Assembly (NCBI GenBank): GCA_963716745.1
Contig: OY970320.1
Coordinates: 3,040,001-3,104,000 of the forward strand
DNA from: an uncultured Gemmatimonadaceae bacterium
Lineage (GTDB): Bacteria; Gemmatimonadota; Gemmatimonadetes; Gemmatimonadales; Gemmatimonadaceae
Length of the DNA: 64,000 nt
Direction of reading: 5' to 3'
Shown here: in pieces, positions 9,949-20,454 of the stretch
How positions within the stretch are numbered: the stretch's first letter is position 1
Layout of the letters: the number at the start of each line of letters is the position of its first letter
Notes under the pieces: generated by a model
The model's database searches: none
What the model saw: the letters and a program-made list of their open reading frames with translations, nothing else
What the model was told of the DNA's origin: nothing
Program-made: the position numbers and the translations under genes

Positions 9949-11867
9949 GCGGCCGCTCCGTGGGGATCGATGTCGGCGGCACCTACACCGATCTCGTCGC
10001 GATCGATGAGGCGGGGCAGGCGGAGGCACGCAAGGTGCTGAGCACTCCGTCCGACCAGAGCGCCGGCGTGCTCGCCGCGCTCAATGCGCTCGGCGGCGCG
10101 CCCAAGAGTCTCGAGCGGCTCGTGCACGGCACCACCGTCGCGACGAATATGCTCCTCGAGCGCACCGGCGCACGCGTGACGCTGTGCGCGAGCGAGGGCG
10201 CCACCGATCTGCTCGATCTGCGGCGTCAGGAGCGCGCCTCACTGTACGATCTGACGCGGCATCATACCGCCGCCCTCGTACCGCCGGAGCGCCGCGCGGG
10301 CGTGCCCGGCCGCGTCGGTCCGGAGGGTGAGACGAGGCCGCTCGCGGCGGAGGAGGCGGCCGCCGCCGCGGCGCAGGTCGCCGACACGAAGCCCGAGGTG
10401 GTCGCGATCGCGTTGCTGCATTCGTATCTCGATCCGCGGCACGAAGAGCAGATGGTGAAGGCCCTCAAGGAGAAGCTGCCGAAGCTCGCGGCGATCCGCT
10501 CGAGTGAGGTGCTACCGGAGATCCGCGAGTACGAGCGCACAGCGACCACCGTCGCGGAGGCGTATCTGCGCCCTGGCGTCGGGCGGTATCTCAAGAAGCT
10601 GAGCGAGCAGCTCGCGGCGCGCGGCGCGCCGCCGCTCTCGGTGCTCACGTCGAGCGGCGGGATGCGCACCGGTGCCGATGCGGCGACGAACGCTGCGGCG
10701 CTCGCGCTCTCGGGTCCCGCGGGCGGTGTCGTGGGCGCGGCATTCGTGGCCGGGCTCGCCGGCTTCAACGAGGCGCTCACGATCGACATTGGCGGTACGA
10801 GCGCCGACGCGGGACTCATCCTCGAAGGTGAGCCGGTGACGGAGGCCGGTGGCGATGTGGCGGGCGTGCCGATCGCGCTGCCGCGCGTGCTCGTCGAAAC
10901 GGTATCGGCCGGCGGCGGGAGTCTCGGCTGGGTGGATGACGGCGGCGCGCTGCGCGTCGGTCCGCGGAGCGCGGGCGTCGTACCGGGTCCCGCGGCGTTC
11001 GGTCGCGGCGGCACCGGCGCGACGGTCACCGATGCGCACATCGTGCTTGGCAACGTGCATCACGCGCGGATGAGCGGCGGCATCACGCTCGATGCGGCGG
11101 CGGCGCGCGAGGCGGTCGGCCGCCTCGCGGCGCAGCTCGGCGTGGACGCGGAGCGCGCGGCACGCGCGATGATCGCGGCCGCCGATGCGGCGATGGCGCG
11201 CGCGCTGCGGCGCGTGAGCGTGGAGCGCGGCGCCGATCCGCGCCGCGCGGTGCTCGTGGCGTTCGGCGGCGGCGGCCCGCTGCATGGCTGCGCACTCGCC
11301 GAACATCTTGGCATGCGCGCGGTGCTCGTGCCGCCTTTCGCCGGCGTGCTGAGCGCGCTCGGCCTCGCCATCGCCGCCGAGCGGCGCGAGACGCTCACGA
11401 GCGTGATGCGCAAAGTGTCGGAGCTCGATCCGGGCGACACGCGGCGTCTCGCGCATTCTCTCTCGGGGAAGCCGGATCCCAAGTACGCGCACCGGTGGTG
11501 GGCGCGTGCGCGGTACGAGGGGCAGGGGCACGAGCTGGAGATCGCGTTCGAGCCGGGCGACTCGGGGCAGGAGATCGCCGCGCGGTTCGCCGAGATGCAC
11601 GACCGTCGCTACAACTTCACACTCAAGCGCGACGTGGAGATCATCAGCGCGCGCCACGCGGAGTCGGGATCGGTGCGGCCGCTCGTGCTCGCGCGGCGCG
11701 GCACGGCGAAATGGGGCGCGAGCATGGAGGACACAGGGGCCGAACTCGATGCGACCGTGCACGGCCGCGCGGTGATCTCGCTGCCCGACGCGACGCTGCT
11801 GGTGCCGCCGGGATGGACCGCGCGCGCACTCCCGATCGGCGGCTGGCTGCTGGAGCGTGACGCATGA
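9945..11867 (+). CDS. Hydantoinase/oxoprolinase family subunit A
   Basis: IDVGGTYTD, HGTTVATN, SGPAGG, DIGGTSAD, AGGGS, FGGGGPLH; ATG overlaps lnt stop. Confidence 0.92.
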   Translation: MSGRSVGIDVGGTYTDLVAIDEAGQAEARKVLSTPSDQSAGVLAALNALGGAPKSLERLVHGTTVATNMLLERTGARVTLCASEGATDLLDLRRQERASLYDLTRHHTAALVPPERRAGVPGRVGPEGETRPLAAEEAAAAAAQVADTKPEVVAIALLHSYLDPRHEEQMVKALKEKLPKLAAIRSSEVLPEIREYERTATTVAEAYLRPGVGRYLKKLSEQLAARGAPPLSVLTSSGGMRTGADAATNAAALALSGPAGGVVGAAFVAGLAGFNEALTIDIGGTSADAGLILEGEPVTEAGGDVAGVPIALPRVLVETVSAGGGSLGWVDDGGALRVGPRSAGVVPGPAAFGRGGTGATVTDAHIVLGNVHHARMSGGITLDAAAAREAVGRLAAQLGVDAERAARAMIAAADAAMARALRRVSVERGADPRRAVLVAFGGGGPLHGCALAEHLGMRAVLVPPFAGVLSALGLAIAAERRETLTSVMRKVSELDPGDTRRLAHSLSGKPDPKYAHRWWARARYEGQGHELEIAFEPGDSGQEIAARFAEMHDRRYNFTLKRDVEIISARHAESGSVRPLVLARRGTAKWGASMEDTGAELDATVHGRAVISLPDATLLVPPGWTARALPIGGWLLERDA

Positions 11868-13408
11868 GCGACGCGTCGTTCGATCCGCTCGATCTCGAGG
11901 TCATGGCGCACGGATTCTCCGCGATCGCGGAGGAGATGGGCGCGGTGCTGGTGCGCGGCGCGCTCTCGCCGAACATCCGCGAGCGGCGCGACTCGTCGGC
12001 GGCGCTCTTCGACATGAGCGGGCGCATGATCGCGCAGGCGGCGCACATCCCCGTGCACCTGGGCGCGATGCCCGAGGCCGTGCGCGCGGTGATCGCGATG
12101 AAGCCACGGCCGCGCGACGTGTTCCTGCTCAACGATCCGTACCATGGCGGCTCGCATCTGCCCGACCTCACGCTGGTGGAGGCGATCTCGCTCGAGGGAC
12201 GGAGCGCCGGCTACGGCGCCGTGCGCGCGCACCACGCGGACGTGGGCGGCATGAGTCCGGGCAGCATGCCGCAGGGCGCCACGGAGTTGGTGCAGGAAGG
12301 TCTCGTGCTGCCGCCGGTGCGCCTCGTGCGTGAAGGGATCATCGACGAAGAACTGCTGGCGCTCGTGCTCGCGAACGTGCGCACGCCGGAAGAACGATTG
12401 GGCGACCTGCGCGCCCAGCTCGCGGCGTGCGCGGCGGGCGTGGCGGGTCTCAGGTCGCTCGTGGCGCGCGAGGGCGCGGCGCGTGTGGCGGCCGCCGGCG
12501 ACGCGCTGCTCGATTACACCGAGCGACGGGCGCGCGCGGCGATCGCGATGCTCGGCGACCGCACGGGCCACGCCGAGGACATCCTCGAGGGCGACGGCGT
12601 GACCGACGATCCCGTGGCGGTGGTGGTGGATGTCAGCGTGCGCGAGGGGAAGCTGCACTTCGATTTCACCGGCACGTCGCCGCAAGTGCGCGGCAACGTG
12701 AACTGCCCGCTCGCGGTAACGCGCGCGGCGGCGGCATTCGTGCTGCGCACACTGCTCGACGATGACGTGCCGACGAACGACGGGATCGCGCGCGCGATCG
12801 AGCTGCACGCGGAGCCGGGCAGCGCGGTGCATGCGCAGTGGCCGGCGGCGGTCGCGGCGGGAAACGTCGAGATGTCGCAGCGCCTCGCCGACACGATGTT
12901 CGCGGCGCTCGCCGACGCGGGCATGGACGTGCCGGCGCAGGGGCAGGGCACGATGAACAACATCACCTTCGGCGGCGCGGGCTGGACGTTCTACGAGACG
13001 CTGGGCGGCGGCCAGGGCGCGAGCGCGCGCGGCGACGGCCCCGACGCGGTGCACGTGGGGATGAGCAACACGCGCAATACGCCGATCGAAGCGCTCGAGT
13101 GGGCGTATCCGCTGCGCATCGACTCGTACGGTGTGCGGCGCGGCACCGGCGGCGCGGGCAAGCATCGCGGCGGCGACGGCGTGATCCGCCGCTACCGCGT
13201 GCTCGAGCGGTGCACGCTCACGCTGCTCACCGAGCGCCGCACGCGCGCGCCCGCCGGCGCGCACGGCGGCCTCCCGGGCGCGGTGGGCGTGAACTGGCTC
13301 AACGATCGGGTGCTGCCGGCCAAGTGCCGCGTGGAGCTGGAGCCGGGCGACGTCGTGACGATCGAGACGCCCGGCGGCGGCGGGTACGGCGCGCCCTCAG
13401 CTCCCTGA
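11864..13408 (+). CDS. Hydantoinase B/oxoprolinase family protein
   Basis: SPNIRERRDSS, HIPVHLG, NDPYHGGSHLPD, HHADVGG, GQGTMNN, ETPGGGGYG. Confidence 0.93.
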   Translation: MSDASFDPLDLEVMAHGFSAIAEEMGAVLVRGALSPNIRERRDSSAALFDMSGRMIAQAAHIPVHLGAMPEAVRAVIAMKPRPRDVFLLNDPYHGGSHLPDLTLVEAISLEGRSAGYGAVRAHHADVGGMSPGSMPQGATELVQEGLVLPPVRLVREGIIDEELLALVLANVRTPEERLGDLRAQLAACAAGVAGLRSLVAREGAARVAAAGDALLDYTERRARAAIAMLGDRTGHAEDILEGDGVTDDPVAVVVDVSVREGKLHFDFTGTSPQVRGNVNCPLAVTRAAAAFVLRTLLDDDVPTNDGIARAIELHAEPGSAVHAQWPAAVAAGNVEMSQRLADTMFAALADAGMDVPAQGQGTMNNITFGGAGWTFYETLGGGQGASARGDGPDAVHVGMSNTRNTPIEALEWAYPLRIDSYGVRRGTGGAGKHRGGDGVIRRYRVLERCTLTLLTERRTRAPAGAHGGLPGAVGVNWLNDRVLPAKCRVELEPGDVVTIETPGGGGYGAPSAP

Positions 13409-15345
13409 GACGGTCGCCTCGTACACCTTCGCGCTCACGAACAGCTCCACGAGATCGGATCGATCATCCCGCCCTTCATCTCCATGCGCAGGATGTCGAG
13501 CGCCTTCGGCAGCTGCACCGCCGGCTTGTAGGGCCGATCGGCGGCGGTGAGCGCGTCGAAGATGTCCGAGATGGTCATCATGCGCGTCTGTACCGGGATC
13601 TCCTCGCCGCGAATGCCACGCGGGTAGCCCACACCGTTCAATTTCTCGTGGTGGCCGAAGGCGATCTCCGGCAAGCGGCGCAGCTCGCGCGTCCACGGGA
13701 TCTCCCGCAGGAAACGGAACGTGTGCGTCACGTGCGATTCGATCTCTTTCCGCTCGGCTTCATCCAGCGTGCCCTTGGGGATCGTGAGCAGCCGCAATTC
13801 ATCGACATCGAGCATGGGGTGCTGCTGGCCATCCCAACCGGTGAACGCGCGCGCGCCGAATTCCCTCAGGTCCACCACCGCCGTGTCGGCGAGCAATGAT
13901 GGTTCGTTCGCGGCGACCACCGAATTCAGGAACCGGTCGAGCTCCGCGATGCGCGACGCGAACCGTTCGCGCAATTCCGCCTCGTGCGACTCGAAGCCGC
14001 GCCGGCCATTCTCCGTGAGGAACGCGGCCCTCGCGCGCTCGAAGTCCAGTTCGGCGGAGAGCTTCAGGTAACCCACGCGGTCGCGGATCGCTTCGAGCGT
14101 CGGGCCGTATAGCTTCTTCGCCTTGACGAGCACCTGTTCGCGCACGCCCACCTTCCCGAAATCGTGCAGCAGCGACGCGTAGCGCAGCTCGCGCACCTGT
14201 TCCCGCGAGAAGGAGAAGCCCGCGTACTTCCCGGTGCCGCCGCGCTCGAGGGCCTGCGCGAGTCCCACGGTGAGATCGGCCACGCGTCCTGAATGACCCG
14301 CGGTCGTGGGATCGCGCGACTCGATCGCGGTGACCGCCGCCGTCACGAAGCCGGCGAAGAGCTTCTCGATGTCCTCATACAGCAGGGAATTCTCGAGCGA
14401 CACCGCGGCTTGCGAGGCGAGCGCGCCCACGAGCTCCACCGCGCGCGCATCGTACGCGAGCACCTCACGATCGGCGGCCTCGGCGGACGTGAGCTTCGCG
14501 GCGGGATCGCGCTTGCGATTGATGAGCTGCAGCACGCCCACAATGTCATCGCGCAGCGTCGTGAGCGGGAAGACGAGCATGCTCTTCGTGCGGTAGCCAT
14601 ACCGCTCGTCGAAGCTCCGGTTCTGCTTGTAACTCGCGCCCGACGGCAGCAGGTACACATCGTCGATGATCATCGGCTCGCGCGTCGACGCCGCGTGCCC
14701 GGCCAGGCTCGTGTGGTCGATCGGCACAGTGAACTCGCTGAACGGCACGCCGGTGAGGGAGTCGTTCTGCGCCAGCTTGAAGCGCAGCGCCTTCGGCGCG
14801 TCGTGCTCATCGCGCTCCACCAGGTAGATCGATCCCGCGTCGCTGTTCGTCACGCGGCGCGCTTGCGACAGGATCATCTCCAGCAGCTTGAGCAGGTCGC
14901 GTTCGGTGGAGAGCGCCGCGCCCACCTGCGCGAGCTCGCGCAGCTCGCGCGACCGCTGCGCCTCGTTGGCCCGCGCCGTGTGCGCCGTCGCGAGCGCGAG
15001 CGCGGTGTGCATCGCGCCGCGCAGCTGCACCGCGGCGAGTCCCGGGCGCGCGCCGCCCGGAATGAATCCCGCGAGACGGTCGCGCGGCCAGTCCGCCGGC
15101 GGCTCGGCGTCCGCCGGATCGCCGGCGCCGAGCAGCGCCGCGATGTGCGAGGCTCCGGCGACCGCCGCGGCGTCCGCGTGCTGGAGCATGGCACGATCGA
15201 CCACCACCACCGTCGCGCGCGACGGGTCGAGGGACCCCAGCGCGGGGAATCCGTCCGCCGCGCGCGACTCCACCTCGCCGTCGCCGCCGAGCAGCGGGGC
15301 GAGCGTCGCCAGCGTTCCCGGCGAGGCGATGACGAGAGGCTTCAC
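13397..15345 (-). CDS. GAF plus HD-GYP domain cyclic-dinucleotide phosphodiesterase (frameshift near 13460)
   Basis: GAF region (GYRTKSML, GVLQLIN), HSGRVA, LLHDFGK, HHEKLNGVGYP, DIFDALT, RPYK; natural C-terminus in the 13397 frame. Confidence 0.9.
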
Positions 15346-15359
15346 GCGCGCCGCCGGCG

Positions 15360-16082
15360 CTACTCCGTACCGCTCGGCGGCTGCAGCTTCTTGAGCTCCT
15401 GCTGCGCGGGCGCGAAATCGGGGAACGCCGCGAGCGATTTCTGCAGCAGCTGCACCGCTTCATCCTTGTTGCCGGCATCCTTCGCGGCGAGCGCGCGCGA
15501 GTACAGCATCGTCGCCTGGAAGGGCACCTTCTTCGCCTGATCGATCGCGGCCTCCTTCGCGCCCGACGCGAGCGGCGGCAGCTTGAGGCCCGAATTGATC
15601 TGATCGCCCAGCTTCGTGATGAGCACCATCACGTCCGTCTCCTTGCCCTCGACGTCGGTGTTGAACTCGACGACCGAGGTCTCAACATTGACCGAGCGTG
15701 CGACGAGCCGCATCGTGCCCTTGGTATCGGTGACGAATCCTCCCATGATCATGTGGCCCGCACCGAGGATCTTCCCGAGATGCGCTGCGGTCTCCGAGCT
15801 CACGCGGCCGCTGGCACCGAGGTTCTGCTCGTTGATGAGGGATTGGAGGTTCTCCCGCTCGACGACGCGGATCTTCGCGTTCGCCGAGAGCGAATAGATG
15901 AGCAGGTCCTGCATGCCGGCGGAGAGCGGTGCCAGTTCCGCCTGCGCCGCGCCGAGCGCGCCGTTCGTGAACGGCACCACGGCGATGGTGGGGCGCGTAT
16001 CGGCCTGCGCCGCCACCGCTCCCGCCGCGAGCGCCGACAGCGCCGCGATCCGCATGCTACGAATCAACCCAGTCGCCTTCAT
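15360..16082 (-). CDS. Secreted CsgG/FlgO-like domain protein with C-terminal TPR-like helix pair
   Basis: Signal peptide; TIAVVPFTN, RVVERENLQSLINEQ, HLGKILGA. Confidence 0.7.
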   Translation of the reverse strand: MKATGLIRSMRIAALSALAAGAVAAQADTRPTIAVVPFTNGALGAAQAELAPLSAGMQDLLIYSLSANAKIRVVERENLQSLINEQNLGASGRVSSETAAHLGKILGAGHMIMGGFVTDTKGTMRLVARSVNVETSVVEFNTDVEGKETDVMVLITKLGDQINSGLKLPPLASGAKEAAIDQAKKVPFQATMLYSRALAAKDAGNKDEAVQLLQKSLAAFPDFAPAQQELKKLQPPSGTE

Positions 16083-16100
16083 GTTCGCCTCCGTCGTGTG

Positions 16101-16969
16101 CTAGACGGTGAGAGTGAGCCCTTCTGCCGCCGCGAGGATCTCCAAGTGCGCACCGCGCTTCTTCGCCGCGGCGCGTCCGACTTCCACGAGCTTGTCCAAC
16201 TCGACATCGCTGCGTTCCGGATTGTGATGGAACAGCGCCAGCCGGTCGACGCCCGCGTCCACCGCGAGGTCTACGGCGTCGCCGATGTGGGAATGCCCCC
16301 ATCCGCGGTGGCGCCGGTACTCCTCAACGGTGTACATGGCATCGTGCACGAGCAAGGAGGCGCCGCGTGCGAACGCCACGAGTTCGTCGCGCCAGCCGGC
16401 CGCCTGCACGTAGCCGGGCGCATCGCCGAGTTCGTTGTCCGAGATGTACACGAGCGATTTCCGCCTTCGCCGGTGGCGCTCAGCCGGTACGCGAGCGCAC
16501 CGCCGGGATGACGAACCGCCAGCGGTCGCAGGAGGAAACCGTCGCCCTTGTGCGTGTCGCCGAGCACGCGGAATTCCACCGTGGACTCCACGTCGTCGAA
16601 CGTGACGGGGAATACCGTGGGCGACATCTGTTCGCGCACCGCGCGGTCCACCGCCGGCAGCAGCGCCTGCGTGCTCCAGATCGTGAAGCGGTTCCCGCGC
16701 GCGAAGAGCGGCGCGAAGTACGGGAGGCCGTGGATGTGGTCCCAGTGCGCGTGGCTCAGGAAGATGTCCGCGATGATCGGCGCGCCTTGTGCGTTCGCGG
16801 TGAGCGCGCGGCCGAGTTCGCGGATGCCGGTGCCGGCATCGAAGATCAGCAGCGCGCCGGCGGCGGTGCGCACCTCCACGCACGGCGTATTGCCGCCGTA
16901 GCGCACCGTGGCCGCGCCGGGCGCGGGCACGGAGCCTCGCGTCCCCCAGAAGCGAAGGGACAGCGTCAC
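16101..16969 (-). CDS. MBL-fold metallo-hydrolase, possible cyclic-nucleotide phosphodiesterase (frameshift near 16460)
   Basis: FWGTRGS, YGGNTPC, DAGTG, SHAHWDH, HPGG; then YISDNE, HDAMY, GWGHS, LFHHNP in a second frame. Confidence 0.85.
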
Positions 16970-17649
16970 ACCTTCACCTGGGCGAGCGACTCGAGTCCGG
17001 CGCGGTCCGCGATGGAGATCTGCCGCCGCACCACGGTGATCAGCTTCCGGTCCTGGAACTCGCGCATCGCGCGCGAGACCGTCTCACGGCTCGCGCCGAT
17101 CATCTGCGCGATCGTCTGGTGGGTGAGACGCCGCTCGATGCGCGCGCCGCCACCCTCGCCCGCGGCGTTCAGCAGCAGGCGCGCGATGCGGCCGTCCACG
17201 TCGAGCAGCACGAGACTGCCGATCTGCTCGTCGGCTCGGCGCAGGCGGCGCGACAACTCCTGCATGAGCGCCCACGCGACCGCCGGCGATTCCTCCACGC
17301 GCCGGCGGAAATCCTCGCGGCGCAGCACGATCAATTGCGAGTCCTCCACCGCGATCACGTGCGCGGAGCGCGGGCGACTGTCGATGAGCGACAGCTCGCC
17401 GAAATGCGCGCCCACGCCCAGCATCCCCAGGATCACCTCACGCCCATCCTCGCCCACGAGCACGACCTTCACCTGTCCGCCGCGCACGATGAAGAGCGAA
17501 TCGCCCGGATCATCCTCGAAGAGGATCACCGTGCCCTTCGCATAGTTCCGCTCGCGCGCGTCGTCGGCGAACCGCTGCAACTCCACGGCGCCGAGTCCGC
17601 TCAGGAGCGGGATGGTCGCGAGGAATTCCGCCGTCCGCGTATCGCTCAG
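16966..17649 (-). CDS. Crp/Fnr family transcriptional regulator
   Basis: cNMP-binding FGELSLIDSRPRSA; HTH THQTIAQMIGASRETVSR; start inferred at a CTG overlapping the upstream stop. Confidence 0.9.
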   Translation of the reverse strand: MSDTRTAEFLATIPLLSGLGAVELQRFADDARERNYAKGTVILFEDDPGDSLFIVRGGQVKVVLVGEDGREVILGMLGVGAHFGELSLIDSRPRSAHVIAVEDSQLIVLRREDFRRRVEESPAVAWALMQELSRRLRRADEQIGSLVLLDVDGRIARLLLNAAGEGGGARIERRLTHQTIAQMIGASRETVSRAMREFQDRKLITVVRRQISIADRAGLESLAQVKV

Positions 17650-18854
17650 CGGCTGCCTAGGGTGAGAGAGAGTTGCAATTCGCTTACGCCGAACGTGTTG
17701 GTACCCGACTGGATGTTGCCGAACTCCGCGCCGAGCATCGGCGTGAACGTGAAGTGTCCCAGCAGCCAGCCGACGCCGGCGCCCGCGCCCATCGTGAACG
17801 TCGCCGCGGTCGGCAGCGTGTTGTCGATCGTGAGCCCTGTGAGCCAGCGACCGTGGATCTGCGTCACGAGACCGACGTCCGGATCGAGCGGCGTGATGCC
17901 GCTCACGCCGAAGTAGAGGAAATTGCCGTTCGTGCCCGGCACGGTCTTCCCCGCGCTCGTGTAGCGCGACACGAAGCGGTCGTACGCGAACACGTTCAGC
18001 GTGCGAAAGCCCGGCGCCGACAACCGCCAGCGCCATTCGCCCTGGATCATCGGGCCGAGGGTGACCAGCGTGGAGAGCGTCGTGTCGCCGGGCAGCGTGC
18101 GCGTGAGATTGTCCTGCGTGTAGAACGTGCCCGCGACGCTGAACGCCATCGCCCCTGAACCGACGAGACCGTCGGTGCCCACCGAGACGCGGAATGCCGA
18201 GCCCGGCGCGAGCTCCACGTTGGTGATGGACGTGCCCAGCCCGAGCGCCGCCGCCTGCATCGGCGAATACTGCGTTCGGTACTGATATGACGCGCCGAAG
18301 CCCCACGCCCAGCCGGAGATCTTCTTCGCGTACACGCCGCCCACGGTGAAGCCGAAGCCGCTCCCGAGCACGGGCGACGCGGCCGCCAGCACCGGCGACC
18401 CGAGCACGCGCATCGCGGCGAATTGCGACGAGTCGAGATTCGTGAGCCCCGTGGGCAGGTTCACTCCGGCGGTGATGATCGCGTCGTCGCCGTGCAGCCG
18501 GATGCCGGCGCGCACGGTCATATCGGTGAATCCGCTCACGCGCACGGTGTGCGACGCGATGCTGCCCGAGTCGCGCGACGTGGCGGTGCCGTCCACATAG
18601 GCCACGTAGCCATCGATCAGCACGCGCTTCCCGATCGCGAACGCACCCGCGAGCGGAACGGTGAGTTGCTGCGCGCTCTTGAGCGATAAAGGCACGGTGT
18701 CGTTCGAGCAGCAGCCGAAGGCCCACTGCTGGTACACGGGCGCCACGGTGAAGCCGGTCTTCCCGTCGAACGGCAGCTGCGCGGCGACGGGTGCGACGGC
18801 CAACAGGCACAGCGCCGCCAACGCGGCGCCGGACGCGCGCGCACGGTGCATCAA
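17646..18854 (-). CDS. Putative outer-membrane beta-barrel protein
   Basis: Signal peptide followed by many amphipathic beta-strand-like segments rich in G/Y/F/T; no named family recognised. Confidence 0.6.
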   Translation of the reverse strand: MMHRARASGAALAALCLLAVAPVAAQLPFDGKTGFTVAPVYQQWAFGCCSNDTVPLSLKSAQQLTVPLAGAFAIGKRVLIDGYVAYVDGTATSRDSGSIASHTVRVSGFTDMTVRAGIRLHGDDAIITAGVNLPTGLTNLDSSQFAAMRVLGSPVLAAASPVLGSGFGFTVGGVYAKKISGWAWGFGASYQYRTQYSPMQAAALGLGTSITNVELAPGSAFRVSVGTDGLVGSGAMAFSVAGTFYTQDNLTRTLPGDTTLSTLVTLGPMIQGEWRWRLSAPGFRTLNVFAYDRFVSRYTSAGKTVPGTNGNFLYFGVSGITPLDPDVGLVTQIHGRWLTGLTIDNTLPTAATFTMGAGAGVGWLLGHFTFTPMLGAEFGNIQSGTNTFGVSELQLSLTLGSR

Positions 18855-20126
18855 GGCGTCCCGATGATGATGATGATCGTTCCCTGCGACGCGGCGGTGA
18901 GCGCGGCGTCGAGCGGCGCGTTCGTGGTGTTGCCGGCCGAGCCGACTACGTCACCGGGGCTGGGATTGATCCCCTGCGTGACGCCGCCCAAGATGTTCTG
19001 GCTCCAGTTGTCCGGATCGATCGGGAGATCGTGCGCGCGCGGCCGCCCGCTGCTCGCGCGCACCGCCGCCAATCGCTGCTGCGCGAGCACGAACCCCGGG
19101 TCGATCGAGAGCGCGCCCACATAGTACGATTCCGCTGCATCGAGATTCCACTGCGCCTCGGCGGCGGCGCCGCGCGCGTAGGCGAGGAACGCCGACAGGT
19201 AGCGCGTGGGCCGTTTCTGCAGCGCCTGCATCTCGGCGGGCGAGAGCGTGACGCCGAGCTCGCCGTAGAGCTGGAGCGCGAGCCGCTTCTCGCCGTCGAG
19301 GATCTCGACCATCGCGGTCTGCTCCGTGACGGGGCGGCCGACGATCGCGCCCTGCGTGACGCTCGTGACCTGCGCATCCATCGTGATGTGGTTCTTCTCG
19401 CCGGAACGGATCTCACCGTTCACCATCCGGCTCGCGCCCACGAGCTTGCCCAGCGCCGGCGCCGACGTGCTGTCGGTGCGGCCGCTCTTGGTGAGGTCGA
19501 GCTCACGGAGCACGGCGCTGACGCGCACGCGGTCCACGATCTGGAGTTGCGGGCTGATGCTGAGGTCGGCGATGAGCAGGTCGGCCACGCCATAGCCGAG
19601 GGGCGCGAGCGTCGTGTCGCTCGCGGGGACGAACAGGGGGGCCACGCCCACCGCACTCGCCGGATACGTCGCCGGGTTCAGCGCTTTCTCGTTCTTGATC
19701 GCCTGCTGCGCGGAGATCATCGCCTCCGCGCGCGCGATGTCGCCGAGCCGCGCCTCGACGTCCGCGTTCTTGCCGGCGAGGGAGAGGTAGCGCAGGTAGT
19801 TCACGCGTGCGTCGGCCAGGTTGCCCATGCGCTGCGCCGCGGCTCCCGCGTAGAGGTTCGCGTTTGCCCCAACGCTGCCGGCGGTGGCCAGCAGCGGTTC
19901 GAGCGTGCGGCGCGCCGCCAGATCCTGGTCCGACAGATACTGCGCGCGGCCGTACGCCACGCGAAGCTCGACGTTGCCGGGATCGGCCGCGAACGCCGCC
20001 GTCGCGACGCCAAGCTGCTGCGGTGGCCGACGCCGGCGAGATCGGCTCGAGCGCGGGCTTCCCGGCACAGCCGAGGGCGCCCAGCGCGGCCACGATTCCG
20101 GCGACTGCCGAGCTTCGGAAACGCAT
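18851..20126 (-). CDS. TPR plus CsgG/FlgO-like domain lipoprotein (frameshift near 20020)
   Basis: Lipobox ALGC in the 20126 frame; TPR-like helices, QIVDRVRVSAVLRELDL and LGKLVGA in the 18851 frame. Confidence 0.7.
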
Positions 20127-20223
20127 GGGACCACCGCGGAATGGGGGAGAGCCTGTCGCGCAGCCAAGTTACGAGCCTCAATCGACAGTGTCAAAGAAGG
20201 ATCGAGCCGCTCTAACGGCTTAC

Positions 20224-20382
20224 GGCGGGAGTACTGCGTCGTGCGTGGTTGCTCACTAAGGGCGGGAGTACCGAGTCGTGCGTCGAGATGCAACCGGGGC
20301 CTCACGCCCAAGGTGGGCCACCACGCACGACTCGGCACGCACGCCATTCGTGGGCCTCTACGCACGACTCGGTACGCACGCC
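20224..20382. repeat. Four 23-bp repeat units (two direct, two inverted) forming a nested palindrome (element H)
   Basis: Units at 20224-20246 and 20261-20283 (+), 20323-20345 and 20360-20382 (-); consensus GGCG(G/T)G(A/C)GTACCGAGTCGTGCGT; 37-bp spacing on both sides. Confidence 0.85.
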
Positions 20383-20392
20383 TTTGGAGGAG

Positions 20393-20422
20393 TTGAATTT
20401 GCCCCTAGGAACCCGGTATATT
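20393..20422 (+). promoter_or_regulatory. Possible sigma-70 promoter for the rpmE operon
   Basis: TTGAAT-N18-TATATT upstream of rpmE. Confidence 0.4.
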
Positions 20423-20454
20423 GATTGGCTACCCGAAAACTCGAGGATCCCAAA

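Noticed and set aside
16966..18810. 614-aa Crp with long N-terminal extension
   Set aside because: The extension is an alternate frame of the barrel gene with non-protein-like composition
20224..20382. Mini CRISPR array
   Set aside because: Only two direct units with 14-nt gaps, the other two are inverted, and there are no cas genes
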